Notes: generated by a model from the sequence alone, not told the origin. Positions 28,670 to 39,196 are shown, counted from the stretch's first letter. The stretch: DNA of 64,000 nt from a candidate division WWE3 bacterium RAAC2_WWE3_1 (GCA_000503835.1 CP006914.1:379909-443908), one strand, 5' to 3'. Translations and numbers: made by a program.

Positions 28670-28696
28670 GTTTCGTTCCGAAAGAAGAAAGAAAAA

Positions 28697-28912
28697 ATGC
28701 CTAAGATAAAATCGAAAAAAACATTATTAAAAAGGGTAAAGGTTACCAAAACCGGCAAAATTATGAAAAAAAACGTGAGCACCGGACACCTGAAAAGGAA
28801 GTGGAGTGCAAGCTCGCAACACAGAAAAAAAGGCCGTGAAGAACAGCTTGACAGAGGCCACATTAAAATTATAAGGAACCTGTTGGTTAAGAAAGGTAAA
28901 GGAATAAAGTAA
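28697..28912 (+). CDS. rpmI: 50S ribosomal protein L35
   Basis: MPKIKSKK..KRVKVTKTGK; infC-rpmI-rplT order. Confidence 0.95.
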   Translation: MPKIKSKKTLLKRVKVTKTGKIMKKNVSTGHLKRKWSASSQHRKKGREEQLDRGHIKIIRNLLVKKGKGIK

Positions 28913-29262
28913 TGGCTAGAGTAAAAGGCGGGCCAAGAGCCCACGCAAAACATAAAAAAGTATTAAAACTGGCAGAGGGCTATAGAGGCACCAGGAACAG
29001 GCTCTTCAGAAGAGCTCAGGAAGGTGTGATCAGAGCTGGAGAGCACGCATTCGAAGGAAGAAGACAAAGAAAAAGAGATATGAGAAGACTCTGGATAACC
29101 AGATTAAGCGCTGCTTTAATACAATACGACATGAAATATTCCAGATTTATCGCAGGCCTGAAGAAGAGCGACATACTCCTCAATAGAAAAACTCTTTCTG
29201 AGATGGCAATAAATGAACCCAAAGACTTTGAAAAGGTAGTCAACGCAGTAAAGAAAGGCTAA
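28912..29262 (+). CDS. rplT: 50S ribosomal protein L20
   Basis: MARVK, GYRG, RKRDMRRLWITR, LNRKTLSEMA. Confidence 0.97.
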   Translation: MARVKGGPRAHAKHKKVLKLAEGYRGTRNRLFRRAQEGVIRAGEHAFEGRRQRKRDMRRLWITRLSAALIQYDMKYSRFIAGLKKSDILLNRKTLSEMAINEPKDFEKVVNAVKKG

Positions 29263-29279
29263 CCCGAAAAGAAGTTTTT

Positions 29280-31112
29280 ATGGATACTGCCACAAACGTT
29301 TCCAGATACGAAGCAGATAAAGTAGATCTGAACGAATTTGTAAAAATAACCAAATGGGTTTTGGGACTTATTTACAACATTAGTCCGTTACACTTTATTC
29401 TCAATATTACGGCAACGATAATCTGGAAGTGGGAAGACCTTATTTATTCTTTTATTTACGCCAAAGCAATAGATGAACTTATTAAAGTCGCACAACTACC
29501 CGGCGCATCTCTCACATATCTATATCCATATTTAGGAATCTTATTAGCATACAATTTTTTCTCCACAATCATCTCCTTTATCAGATCATATTCCTCCCAG
29601 CACATACGCGTAGTAAGCCGTTATGCCATAAGAAAAAAAGAATACGACAAACTCAACTCTATAGGTATACAAACTCTGGAAATTCCTGAGGTAAACAACA
29701 AAATAAACAGAGCCAACGACTACCTTAATAATCTGATGCCTTATATGGAACAAACGGTGAATTTTATAGCGGACATCGTAAAGTTGGTTACGGCGGTTGG
29801 GCTGACTATAAAATTTATTCCCGCATTCGCCCCCCTGATATTAATCGCGTCTGTACCATATCTTCTTTTTGACAGATCAATGAGAAAAAAACTCTACAAG
29901 TTTGACTACGACAATACTGAGAAAGGACGTGTGGCAGGAAATGTCCACAGCGACCTAACGAATTCAGTTAAACTTCACGAGGTAAGCATTAACAACGCAT
30001 ACGCGTACCTGGACAAGAAATATACCGATATCCGGGATTTTTTTGTCAGCAATAGGCTGGAAATTTTCAAAAAATGGCGGTTAGGCGGCAGTTCGCTAGG
30101 ATTTTTAAACGACATTGTGATTTTATTCGGGTACACCCAAATCTTCCAAAAACTCATTAACAAAGTCATCTCTGTCGGAGATACGGTTTTTTGGATGAGA
30201 ACGTTGGGTATTTTTCAAAATTCTCTCCATAACGTTATACGCGGGTTAAACGACCTGTTTGAGTGGTCGTTACAACTAAAAGACACGTACCTGTTGTTCC
30301 AGACACAACCGGCCTTCGAAGACGGAAATATAAAGTTCCCTAAATTTACACAAGGCCCGGGAATAATTTTTAAAGACATTACCTTCACATATCCGAACAC
30401 TTCTAGACCTGTTATAGAAAATCTTAACCTGGAAATTAATCCAGGTGAAAAGATTGCGATAGTAGGTCAAAACGGAGCGGGAAAAACTACATTGATAAAA
30501 CTACTTTCCCGTTTTTACAAAGTAAATTCCGGTAAAATTTTAATAAACGATACGGATATCAATGCCCTCGAGATTAATACCTTATATCAAAATATGGGCG
30601 TCCTATTTCAGGATTTTAATACACACCAACACCTCACTGTTAAAGAAAATATATTTTTAGGAGCACCGGAGGGGGAAATTGATATGGACAAGATTAAAAT
30701 AGCCGCAGAAGCGGCGGATGCCGACAAGTTTATAGAAAAATACACTAATAAATACAATCAGGTGTTAAGTGAAAAATTTAAGGGCGGGATAAGACCGAGC
30801 ACGGGGCAATGGCAAAAACTTGCACTTGCCAGGTTCTTTTACAGGAACTCTCCAATTGTCATTTTTGATGAACCTACCGCCTCAATCGACCCGGTTTCCG
30901 AATACAACATCTTTAATAAAATTTACGAATTTTTCAAAAATAAGACGGTTATAATTGTTTCCCATAGATTTTCTACGGTGCGAAACGCCGACCGAATTGT
31001 TGTAATGGAAAATGGTCAGATAATTGAATCGGGTTCGCATGAGACTTTAATGTCTCAAAACGGGAATTATGCAAACGCATTTAAACTTCAGGCTCAGGGT
31101 TACACAGTTTAA
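29280..31112 (+). CDS. ABC exporter (fused TMD + NBD)
   Basis: Walker A GQNGAGKTT, signature variant PSTGQWQK, IFDEPT, SHR. Confidence 0.92.
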   Translation: MDTATNVSRYEADKVDLNEFVKITKWVLGLIYNISPLHFILNITATIIWKWEDLIYSFIYAKAIDELIKVAQLPGASLTYLYPYLGILLAYNFFSTIISFIRSYSSQHIRVVSRYAIRKKEYDKLNSIGIQTLEIPEVNNKINRANDYLNNLMPYMEQTVNFIADIVKLVTAVGLTIKFIPAFAPLILIASVPYLLFDRSMRKKLYKFDYDNTEKGRVAGNVHSDLTNSVKLHEVSINNAYAYLDKKYTDIRDFFVSNRLEIFKKWRLGGSSLGFLNDIVILFGYTQIFQKLINKVISVGDTVFWMRTLGIFQNSLHNVIRGLNDLFEWSLQLKDTYLLFQTQPAFEDGNIKFPKFTQGPGIIFKDITFTYPNTSRPVIENLNLEINPGEKIAIVGQNGAGKTTLIKLLSRFYKVNSGKILINDTDINALEINTLYQNMGVLFQDFNTHQHLTVKENIFLGAPEGEIDMDKIKIAAEAADADKFIEKYTNKYNQVLSEKFKGGIRPSTGQWQKLALARFFYRNSPIVIFDEPTASIDPVSEYNIFNKIYEFFKNKTVIIVSHRFSTVRNADRIVVMENGQIIESGSHETLMSQNGNYANAFKLQAQGYTV

Positions 31113-31114
31113 CG

Positions 31115-32977
31115 TTAAACTTTCAATTTAATTCCGTACTTAGAATCCAGATTTTTTATTATTGCGTCCCTTATACCCTTTGTTTCTTCTGAAGTTATTT
31201 GTTTCGCCCGATCTAAAAATTCTATCGAGAGGGTTAGCGCATCTTCATACATATCCTTGAAGCCGACTTTATTGACCCGAACGTCAGTGCTACTTACTAC
31301 ACTTACTATTTCGGAAAAAGATGTGGCGTCCCCTACAATAATTGTTATGTCTTCTTTTATAGAATTGAATCCAGTCAGCGGCGAATACACCCTGCTACCC
31401 CCGGCTGAATCTACCATTTTATCGAAAGGTAACTCGCAGCTTATAATCGCGCCGGAGTGTTCAGTAATTTCATATGGAAAGTCTCCTGTAACACCCAACT
31501 CCTCAAAAAGAGCCTCCACAATCCCTTTAAATACAAGGAAATCGACGCCTCTTGCCACCATCCCCAGCATGTAAGGCTGCTCCGGCAAATCTCCTTTTTT
31601 AGCGAGATACACAGAGGAAAGTTCAAAAAGTTTTACAGTTTCGGAGTAACCTTTGTTCTTGTTTAGAACATCTAGAAGTTTGGGCGTTAAAGATGTTCTC
31701 AAAAATTCAAGGTCGGCATTAAGCGGATTTTTCACTTTCAGTGCTCCGTGCCCCGCCATACTACCCGGAACTGCAGAATAGTTGTAGCATTCGAAAAATC
31801 CCATATGTTTCAAGAAGTCTTTAGTCTTATCTTCAAGTGCGAAATTGTCGGTCTTAGTGTGATGGGGTAGGGTACCGCCGGGAAGTTCGTTGGGCAGTTC
31901 CTGGTAACCGTATATTCTTATTACTTCTTCAGCGAGATCTTCAATAATTTCGATGTCGTCGTATCTCCACGAAGGAACATAAACATCACTTCCTTTAATT
32001 ACAAAACCCAAAGAAGTAAGCGTCGAGTTTACAAAATCTTTTTTTATTTCGGTGCCCGCAATTTTGTTAATTTTTTCGTAATCAATCTTAATATGTTTTT
32101 TTGTATAGACAGTTCCTGTTAAATCTATAAGCTCTGAGGAAACTTCGCCCCCGCTCAGCTCAGTCAACATTCCCACCGCAGTTTGTAAGGAAGGAATAAC
32201 GCTCTCAAAATCCACGCCCTTTTCAAAACGGAGAGCCGCTTCAGTGCGGTGTCCCAGGCTCATTGATGATTTTCTTATTCTGACGGGGTCGTAAACCTGT
32301 ACAAATAAGAGAACTTTGGTGGTGTTTTCGTCCACCTCGCTGTTCAAACCTCCCATGATTCCGCAAAGATCTATTAGTCTGCCGTCGCCATCTTCGATTA
32401 CGATTACGCCTTCGGGCAAGACCCTTTTTACCCCGTCTAAAGTAACAATCTCTTCGCCCCTTTTGGATTCTCTGACTGTCATTTCGTGACCGGTAATCTT
32501 GTTGTAATCAAAAGCGTGCATCGGCTGACCAAGTTCTATCATGCAGTAATTTGTCACGTCCACAATATTGTTAATTGCCCTTATTCCAACCTTTGACAAT
32601 CTTTCTTTTACCAATGCGGGAGATTCTTTTACTTTAACTTTATCAATTACAACCGCGCTGAAACGCGGGACCAAAGAGTTGTCGGATATTTTTACCTTTA
32701 ATTTGTCCCTTCCGGAATATTTCTTTACGGGAAATGATTTTTTTACCCAATCCGCGGAAAAGCCCTTCACGGGAAGTACTGCCGCAAGTTCTCTGGCAAT
32801 ACCCAGCACTGAGAGACCATCGCCTCTGTTGGGAGTTACTTCGATTTCCAGTGTATCGTCGTCTATTATTTTCTCGACGCTGAAAGAGTGCTCCGATAAA
32901 GCTTTAGCAACATCACGGATACCCGCGTTCGTTTTCACATAATCTTTAAGCCATGAAAAAGGTATTAGCACATTCAT
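31115..32977 (-). CDS. pheT: Phenylalanine--tRNA ligase beta subunit (short form)
   Basis: TPNRGD, INNIVDVTNY, GQPMHAFD, RFEKG, DLAEEVIRIYGY. Confidence 0.96.
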   Translation of the reverse strand: MNVLIPFSWLKDYVKTNAGIRDVAKALSEHSFSVEKIIDDDTLEIEVTPNRGDGLSVLGIARELAAVLPVKGFSADWVKKSFPVKKYSGRDKLKVKISDNSLVPRFSAVVIDKVKVKESPALVKERLSKVGIRAINNIVDVTNYCMIELGQPMHAFDYNKITGHEMTVRESKRGEEIVTLDGVKRVLPEGVIVIEDGDGRLIDLCGIMGGLNSEVDENTTKVLLFVQVYDPVRIRKSSMSLGHRTEAALRFEKGVDFESVIPSLQTAVGMLTELSGGEVSSELIDLTGTVYTKKHIKIDYEKINKIAGTEIKKDFVNSTLTSLGFVIKGSDVYVPSWRYDDIEIIEDLAEEVIRIYGYQELPNELPGGTLPHHTKTDNFALEDKTKDFLKHMGFFECYNYSAVPGSMAGHGALKVKNPLNADLEFLRTSLTPKLLDVLNKNKGYSETVKLFELSSVYLAKKGDLPEQPYMLGMVARGVDFLVFKGIVEALFEELGVTGDFPYEITEHSGAIISCELPFDKMVDSAGGSRVYSPLTGFNSIKEDITIIVGDATSFSEIVSVVSSTDVRVNKVGFKDMYEDALTLSIEFLDRAKQITSEETKGIRDAIIKNLDSKYGIKLKV

Positions 32978-32978
32978 T

Positions 32979-34013
32979 TTAAAATTGCTCCAAAAACTTT
33001 AAATTATTTTCAAAAAGGTAGCGTATATCGTCAATCTTTAATCCGGTTCTCATCATGAGAACCCTCTCAACGCCCCATCCGAAAGCAAATCCGGAGTAAA
33101 CCTCCGGGTCTATCCCACCCGCTCTTAAAACGTTGGGGTGCACCATTCCCGCGCCGCCAAGCTCGACCCATCCTTCTTTGCAGAAACGGCATCCTTTACC
33201 TCCGCATATCCCGCACGTGACGTCGACTTCAAAACTTGGCTCTGTGAACCTGAAATCATAGGGTCTTAAACGAAACTTGGTGTCCTTACCAAAAAAATTA
33301 TAAATCAGGTATTCAAGAACGCCTTTTAAATGGGTGATACTAATATCCTTATCTACAACAAACCCCTCGAATTGATAAAAGGTGGGGACGTGGTTAATGT
33401 CGCTTTGTCTTCTCCCGCAACGTGAAATATTAAGCATTCTTATAGGCAACCTGCCTTTCAGCATCTCGCGTATCTGCCCGTTGGACGTGTGTGGGGTAAT
33501 CACGACTTTCCCAAGTTTAGGGTCTTCCGGAAGATCTATAAAAAACGTTTCCCACTCATCGCGCGCCGGGTGCGTTTTGGGCATGTTTAAGGCTTCAAAA
33601 GAGTAGTAGTCCCATTCTACTTCCGGATATCTGACTCTTATAAAACCCAGCTTCGAGAACACCTCGTTTATTTCGCGTATTGCCTGGGTTATTAAGTGGA
33701 GATGGCCGATTTCGGGCTTCTTGCCGGGTAAGGTTTTGTAAAAATTCTCCAAGGACTTATCTTTTTTTATTGAAGTAACAGAGTTGAGACTGCTAGAGTA
33801 GATATCTTCTAAAAAGGATCTAAGTTCGTTCACCCCGCGACCCAGCTCTTTTTTTTCTTCCGGCGTTAACCCGGACACATCCGAGGTCAGCGACCTGAGA
33901 ACACCTTTTTTGCCCAGATATTTAGAATGCCACTCGGATAAACTCCTGAGGTCCGGTGTCTTTTCTAATTCATCTTTAGCTTCCGATTTAATGGATCGTA
34001 AATCTAATTTCAT
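32979..34013 (-). CDS. pheS: Phenylalanine--tRNA ligase alpha subunit
   Basis: HPARDEWETF, FRFTEPS, GMVHP, GFAFGWGVER. Confidence 0.97.
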   Translation of the reverse strand: MKLDLRSIKSEAKDELEKTPDLRSLSEWHSKYLGKKGVLRSLTSDVSGLTPEEKKELGRGVNELRSFLEDIYSSSLNSVTSIKKDKSLENFYKTLPGKKPEIGHLHLITQAIREINEVFSKLGFIRVRYPEVEWDYYSFEALNMPKTHPARDEWETFFIDLPEDPKLGKVVITPHTSNGQIREMLKGRLPIRMLNISRCGRRQSDINHVPTFYQFEGFVVDKDISITHLKGVLEYLIYNFFGKDTKFRLRPYDFRFTEPSFEVDVTCGICGGKGCRFCKEGWVELGGAGMVHPNVLRAGGIDPEVYSGFAFGWGVERVLMMRTGLKIDDIRYLFENNLKFLEQF

Positions 34014-34075
34014 AATCTCTAACCAAATATTGCAGGGCAGGGCAGTATTGTCAAGGGAAATGGTGCCTTTAATGC

Positions 34076-36796
34076 CTATTGCCTCGCGTAACCGACCACG
34101 TTAAGTCTAATCTTGGCACTTCCCTTATTATCATCGTCGTCGGTAACGGTAGCCTCAAATTCGTGGCTTCCGATTTTTGACGCATCGAGCTCAAAATTAT
34201 AGCCGTATGGACTTGCATCGTCTTCCGCCACTTTGTCCCCGTCCATATAGATACGTACTATTTTAATGTCGTTGTAGGCTGACACCTCCACGTTCAATCT
34301 GAAATTTAGCGGAACGTTTTGGCCTTCTTTCACACCGACTATCTCAACATTTACATCGTCTTTGTTTGAAACCTCATCTCCGTCGAACTCAAGCTTAGAC
34401 TGCATTAGTGGGGGAAAGAATCTATCATCCTCCTTGTATTTTTCTTTAACCCAGGCATCGACCGCCGGCTGCCACTCGCTATAAGGGGCAGTCACACGGA
34501 CAAAGCTTATTTCGTCGGTTTCGCCCGCATCTTTACAACCTTCGTTGGCAATCCTACCGTCTATTTTGCAGACCTCAAGTCTCTGAAACCAATCGCTCTT
34601 TGCCGTAGGCTCGGTGCCTTTTATAAACCATTCATTTCTTGTGTCAAAACCTTCGAAGGGCAAACCTCCGGTAAGCTTGTCCACCTCGAATTTTTCAACA
34701 TTCGACGGTGCTTTAAACTTTTCATCTGTTTTATCCTTCAGGTACTCTTTTACAAAAGAGTTCCAAATTGGGGAAGCTCCGGTAATACCCGATGCGATAT
34801 AAGGATTCATCTTCTCGTTGTTGCTGTTGCCGACCCACACTCCGACAACAACCGAAGGTGTGTATCCTATGGCGTAGTTATCTCTTTTGTCGTCGGTAGT
34901 TCCCGTTTTTACTGCAACGGTATGACCGGGAATATTCAATAAACTTCCGGTACCAAATACGTCAGAGCGTGCTCCATTATCCGATAAGATATCTGATATT
35001 AAAAATGCGGTTCCCTCTTCGAGTGCCCTAACCCCCTGCACCTGAGGTTTATAAACGACTTTGCCGTTGGAATCCTGAACTTCTATTATTGGTACGGGCT
35101 GATGGAACATTCCTCCGGCAGCAAATACTGAGTACGCCCCTGCAAGCTCCAGTAACTTGGTTTCACCTCCGCCCAAAGTCAGTGCCAATCCGTATCTTTG
35201 TCTATCCTTGAACGTTGTAATGCCCATCTTTTCCGCCAAGTCAATCATGTTATCTATTCCGCCGATTTTCAGGGCTTCAACTGCGGGAATGTTTAACGAG
35301 TTGCCCAAGGCACGTCTCAGCGGAACAACGCCTCTGAAAATACCGTCATAGTTCTCCGGAATATACGGCTTGTCGGGCGCGGATCCTTCAAAGGAAATAG
35401 GCATATCTAAGAGAGGGTAGGCTGCCGAGTATCCCTGAGCCAGCATATTTGCGTAGGTTATTGGTTTAATCGCCGAACCCGGCTGTCTGTCCGACACCGC
35501 TACATTTACATAAGGGTCGAATTTGCATGAATTTTCTCCGGAAGTTCCGGATATACAGCCTTCGGGCTGAGCATCCAGGTTGTACCCTTTAGAACCGACC
35601 ATCGCCAGTATTTGTCCTGTTTTAGGGTCCAGAACAACCATCGCCCCGTTCCAGACGTTAAGATTGACCGATTCCTCAAGTTCATTGGTAACTGTCTCCT
35701 GAGCCACCTTCTGCAAATCCAGATCGATCGAAGTTTTAACTTTCAAACCGCCTTTTTCTACCGCGTCCTCACCTAAGATATCTATCAGGTACTGCTTGGC
35801 GTAAAAAACGAAATGAGGTGCTTCCAATGGAACGCGTGCAGTCTCAAACTTTAATTCTTCGTTCCTGGCTGCATCATAGTCTTCCTGGCTGAGATAATGC
35901 CTCTTTCCGTCACCCGCAATCCAGCCCCTTTCACGCATTAAATAAAGGACGTAATCTTTCCTTTCAATCCCGGCCTCAGGATTAACCCCGAACTGCGAGT
36001 AATAGCTCGGTCTTTGGGGCAGTCCGGCAAGATAAGCCGATTCGGCTACAGTGAGATCTTTAGGTAATTTGTTGAAATAGGCTTTGGAGGCACTGTATAT
36101 CCCGTAGTTCTGTCCGCCATAGGGAGTTTCGTTTAAATACATCTGGATTATCTCATCTTTGCTGTAACGGTTCTCAAGCTGTAAAGAAAGAATCATTTCC
36201 TTGATTTTACGCACTAAAGTTCTATCCTGAGTTAAAAGAGTGTTCTTTATGACCTGCTGGGTTAATGTGGAGCCTCCCTGAAGACCTTCGCCCGTGAAAG
36301 TATTTACCAAAGCTCTCGCCATACCCCGCAACGAGTACCCCTGGTGCAAATAAAATTCAGCATCCTCGGTGGACAACGTGGCGTAGGTAACGTAGGGGTT
36401 TACATCTTCCATTTTAACGAGAGTCCTGTTCTTGTCACCGAACACTTCGTAGATGAGCTTGTCATTGCGGTCGTAAAACCTCGTGGAAAGCTCAAAGCTT
36501 CTTTCGAGCAGTTGCGTAGGATTGGGCAATTCTCTTGAAAAATAGGCAAAAACTACAACCGTCCCGAACAAACCTGCTACCATCAAGGTTAAAACTGCAG
36601 AAGCGATAACTGTATAAGTTTTGAGTTTTTTTGCACCCAAACCTGCAAGAGAAACGGTGTCGGGTTTGTTTTTCTTGTAGAAACCCGTTACAGCCTTTAC
36701 GCCCGAGAAATCGAAGATGCCCGACAATTTAAATTTCTTTAAAAAGTTATTTTTCGGTTTATACGTTCTGTATTTTCCCGTTTTCCTAACCGGCAT
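34076..36796 (-). CDS. Class A penicillin-binding protein with C-terminal Ig-like domain
   Basis: EDAEF, GGSTLTQQ and RKIKE transglycosylase motifs; GSAIK, SLN and KTGT transpeptidase motifs; C-terminal beta domain. Confidence 0.95.
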   Translation of the reverse strand: MPVRKTGKYRTYKPKNNFLKKFKLSGIFDFSGVKAVTGFYKKNKPDTVSLAGLGAKKLKTYTVIASAVLTLMVAGLFGTVVVFAYFSRELPNPTQLLERSFELSTRFYDRNDKLIYEVFGDKNRTLVKMEDVNPYVTYATLSTEDAEFYLHQGYSLRGMARALVNTFTGEGLQGGSTLTQQVIKNTLLTQDRTLVRKIKEMILSLQLENRYSKDEIIQMYLNETPYGGQNYGIYSASKAYFNKLPKDLTVAESAYLAGLPQRPSYYSQFGVNPEAGIERKDYVLYLMRERGWIAGDGKRHYLSQEDYDAARNEELKFETARVPLEAPHFVFYAKQYLIDILGEDAVEKGGLKVKTSIDLDLQKVAQETVTNELEESVNLNVWNGAMVVLDPKTGQILAMVGSKGYNLDAQPEGCISGTSGENSCKFDPYVNVAVSDRQPGSAIKPITYANMLAQGYSAAYPLLDMPISFEGSAPDKPYIPENYDGIFRGVVPLRRALGNSLNIPAVEALKIGGIDNMIDLAEKMGITTFKDRQRYGLALTLGGGETKLLELAGAYSVFAAGGMFHQPVPIIEVQDSNGKVVYKPQVQGVRALEEGTAFLISDILSDNGARSDVFGTGSLLNIPGHTVAVKTGTTDDKRDNYAIGYTPSVVVGVWVGNSNNEKMNPYIASGITGASPIWNSFVKEYLKDKTDEKFKAPSNVEKFEVDKLTGGLPFEGFDTRNEWFIKGTEPTAKSDWFQRLEVCKIDGRIANEGCKDAGETDEISFVRVTAPYSEWQPAVDAWVKEKYKEDDRFFPPLMQSKLEFDGDEVSNKDDVNVEIVGVKEGQNVPLNFRLNVEVSAYNDIKIVRIYMDGDKVAEDDASPYGYNFELDASKIGSHEFEATVTDDDDNKGSAKIRLNVVGYARQ

Positions 36797-36906
36797 TACA
36801 AAATTATACCATTATGCTGCGGGTCGGGGGCAGTTTAAAAGCGGTTTGATTATTGCGTCTTTTTGCTGTAATATGGCGTGATTCCATAAGAGAGGAGAGC
36901 AACAAA

Positions 36907-37170
36907 TTGGACGTCAGGATAGCACTGGTACGGAACGGCGAGCCCGTTATCTTATGCAACGCGCAGATATTTAGGGAGAAAACCCGGTACAGCAAGGACT
37001 ATTTTGTAAAGACACCGACACTGCTCGGCGGAACGGGTCAGATAAAAGCGACCACGAGAGGCGGGGAGGAGTATATCCTCAGAATTAAATTCGACCGTCG
37101 CGATGATTCGGAAAAAGAGTTTCCCTGTATACACCGTATACTCTACGCAGAACCATCGCTGTCATTTTGA
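36907..37170 (+). CDS. Small hypothetical protein
   Basis: GAGGAG SD before TTG 36907, within track ORF 36853..37170. Confidence 0.55.
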   Translation: MDVRIALVRNGEPVILCNAQIFREKTRYSKDYFVKTPTLLGGTGQIKATTRGGEEYILRIKFDRRDDSEKEFPCIHRILYAEPSLSF

Positions 37171-37215
37171 TACAGTTGTACCAATCACAAATCTCTGACT
37201 GAAGGGAGCAAGAGA

Positions 37216-37359
37216 ATGGGTTGTCAAAAGCTGAAGGGGAAAGAAAAGGCAGAACTGCAGTGTCTGGAAAAGAAACTCGCAAAGGGTATCAAACTCTGCA
37301 AAGAAGAGACCGAGCGCCTTAAGGAACTGAGACGGAGATTGAGTAGTTACGGCAGTTAA
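37216..37359 (+). CDS. 47-aa charged helical small protein (MGCQKLKGKEKAELQCLEKKLAKGIKLCKEETERLKELRRRLSSYGS)
   Basis: GGGAG SD, ATG..TAA, followed by a GCCGGGA/TCCCGGC hairpin and T-tract; below the ORF-track cutoff. Confidence 0.55.
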   Translation: MGCQKLKGKEKAELQCLEKKLAKGIKLCKEETERLKELRRRLSSYGS

Positions 37360-37506
37360 ATCGACGCCTGAAAACAAATAAATGGCATACCGCCGGGACA
37401 ACACCGAACAAATTCGATGCTCCCGGCTTTTTTTTATCCTCTTTTTTTTATTCAACGGAAAATGTTAATCTCTTTTTCATATCAGAACTGGGAGGAGGGT
37501 AGAGAA

Positions 37507-37752
37507 GTGTACAGGAAAAATCTTACCCGCGTCAAAAAAAACGGTAAAAGTCCGCCCGGCAGCAGCGATAACCCGTTGGTTTTTAAGGGCACAGCTTCCT
37601 GCAGAAGCGAACTTCTTTCGGACCATGCTTATCCGAAAGGGGCTTTTATCCTTGTAGGAGAAAGGGCGGTGTACAGAATAACAGGACAGGCCGAAGAGTG
37701 CTCAGGTACCTACCGATATTCCTATCCTGCCAAACCAATCGGTTTTATCTAG
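37507..37752 (+). CDS. Small hypothetical protein
   Basis: GGAGGAGG SD before GTG 37507; terminator at 37759-37799. Confidence 0.55.
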   Translation: MYRKNLTRVKKNGKSPPGSSDNPLVFKGTASCRSELLSDHAYPKGAFILVGERAVYRITGQAEECSGTYRYSYPAKPIGFI

Positions 37753-37758
37753 ACCCAC

Positions 37759-37799
37759 GGGGCCGCTTATACTTAAAAGGTATGGGTGGCTCTTTTTTT
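37759..37799 (+). terminator. Intrinsic terminator
   Basis: 13-bp stem with GU pairs, loop TTAAAAG, T7 tract. Confidence 0.7.
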
Positions 37800-37856
37800 A
37801 CTCAAACTGTCCTTACCCATATAGTTTTCAGAATCGAATTATAATATACTTGTAAC

Positions 37857-39071
37857 ATGCCGAAAGTCAGTACTGACGAAAAATTAATCAACACTTTTCT
37901 TGAAAGAGGAGTTGACTCGATTTACCCCTCAAAAGACGCCCTAAAAAAGAAACTACTTTCCGGAGAAAGAATAAAAGCTTACCAGGGTTTTGATCCGTCC
38001 GGACCATACTTACATGTGGGACACGCCATGGGAATAAGAGCACTGAGAATATTGCAGCAGCTGGGGCACGAAGCCATATTTTTGGTCGGAGATTTTACAA
38101 CTTTGGTAGGTGATCCGGACAAAGACACCGCAAGGCCTCTTATGACCGAGGAGCAGATCCAGAAAAATATGGCGGGGTGGAAGGAGCAAGCCGCCCAGCT
38201 CATAGATTTTGAAGGTGAAAATCCGGTTAAGTTTATGCGCAACCACGAGTGGCTTTCAAAAATCGGACTGGCCGATCTTATTAAACTGTTGTCGAACGCC
38301 ACAGTTCAGCAAATGATCGAGCGCGACCTCTTTGCAAAAAGGCTCAAACGAAACAATCCTATCGGTTTACAGGAATTTATCTACCCCCTTATGCAAGGCT
38401 TTGACAGCGTAGCCATGGGCGTGGATCTCGAGATCGGCGGTACCGACCAAACCTTTAATATGCTTATGGGACGTGAACTGGTAAAAAGGTACCTTGGAAA
38501 AGATAAATATGTAAGAACAAACGAAATGATGGAAGCTCCGGACGCGCTGACCATGAGCAAGACCAAAGGCAACGGTATAAATCTCTCCGACAAATCCGAA
38601 GTTATGTACGGAAAGGCCATGTCTTACCCGGATGAGCTTATTACAAAGTGTCTGAGACTTTTGACGGACATGCCCATGGAAGAGATCTGGGAAATTAACA
38701 AGAAGATCCAGGACGGAGAAAATCCGATGATCTTTAAAAAACAAATGGCCCACGAAGTGGTAAAAGTTATCAAAGGAGCGGAAGAAGCAGAAAAAGCTCA
38801 AAAACACTTTGAGAGGACAGTTCAGAAAAAAGAAATTTCCGACGAGGACACTGAGGTTGTAAATATCTCGGGAATTATGCCTGTGCAGGAATTTTTAAAG
38901 AAAGCTTTAAAGAATTCGGAGTCGGCCAGCCACATAAAGAGAATAGTAGAGCAGGGTGGGGTAGAGGTGAATGGGAAAAAAGTGGCAACCACTCAAATAG
39001 AAATTGAATTTGCTCCCGGAACACTAGTAAAATTCGGCAAAAGAAAATATTTTAAAATAGAAGATAAATAA
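37857..39071 (+). CDS. tyrS: Tyrosine--tRNA ligase
   Basis: GFDPS..LHVGH, YPLMQGFD, GGTDQ, TMSKT, C-terminal S4 domain. Confidence 0.97.
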   Translation: MPKVSTDEKLINTFLERGVDSIYPSKDALKKKLLSGERIKAYQGFDPSGPYLHVGHAMGIRALRILQQLGHEAIFLVGDFTTLVGDPDKDTARPLMTEEQIQKNMAGWKEQAAQLIDFEGENPVKFMRNHEWLSKIGLADLIKLLSNATVQQMIERDLFAKRLKRNNPIGLQEFIYPLMQGFDSVAMGVDLEIGGTDQTFNMLMGRELVKRYLGKDKYVRTNEMMEAPDALTMSKTKGNGINLSDKSEVMYGKAMSYPDELITKCLRLLTDMPMEEIWEINKKIQDGENPMIFKKQMAHEVVKVIKGAEEAEKAQKHFERTVQKKEISDEDTEVVNISGIMPVQEFLKKALKNSESASHIKRIVEQGGVEVNGKKVATTQIEIEFAPGTLVKFGKRKYFKIEDK

Positions 39072-39196
39072 TGATCAGCAAAGAAATAAAGAAAAAAATA
39101 AAAAGAGCGTTCAGAAAAGATAACGTCTATAAAGCTGTCATAATCATAAGCACTTTGGCACTTATAGCAACATCGGTCCTTCCTTACGTCCTGTAA
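39071..39196 (+). CDS. 41-aa small membrane protein (MISKEIKKKIKRAFRKDNVYKAVIIISTLALIATSVLPYVL)
   Basis: TAATG overlap with the tyrS stop; basic N-terminus plus one TM. Confidence 0.6.
   Translation: MISKEIKKKIKRAFRKDNVYKAVIIISTLALIATSVLPYVL

Noticed and set aside
26334-32977. Short ThrRS and PheT as pseudogenes
   Set aside because: Frames and catalytic motifs are intact; only accessory domains are missing, which is common in reduced genomes.
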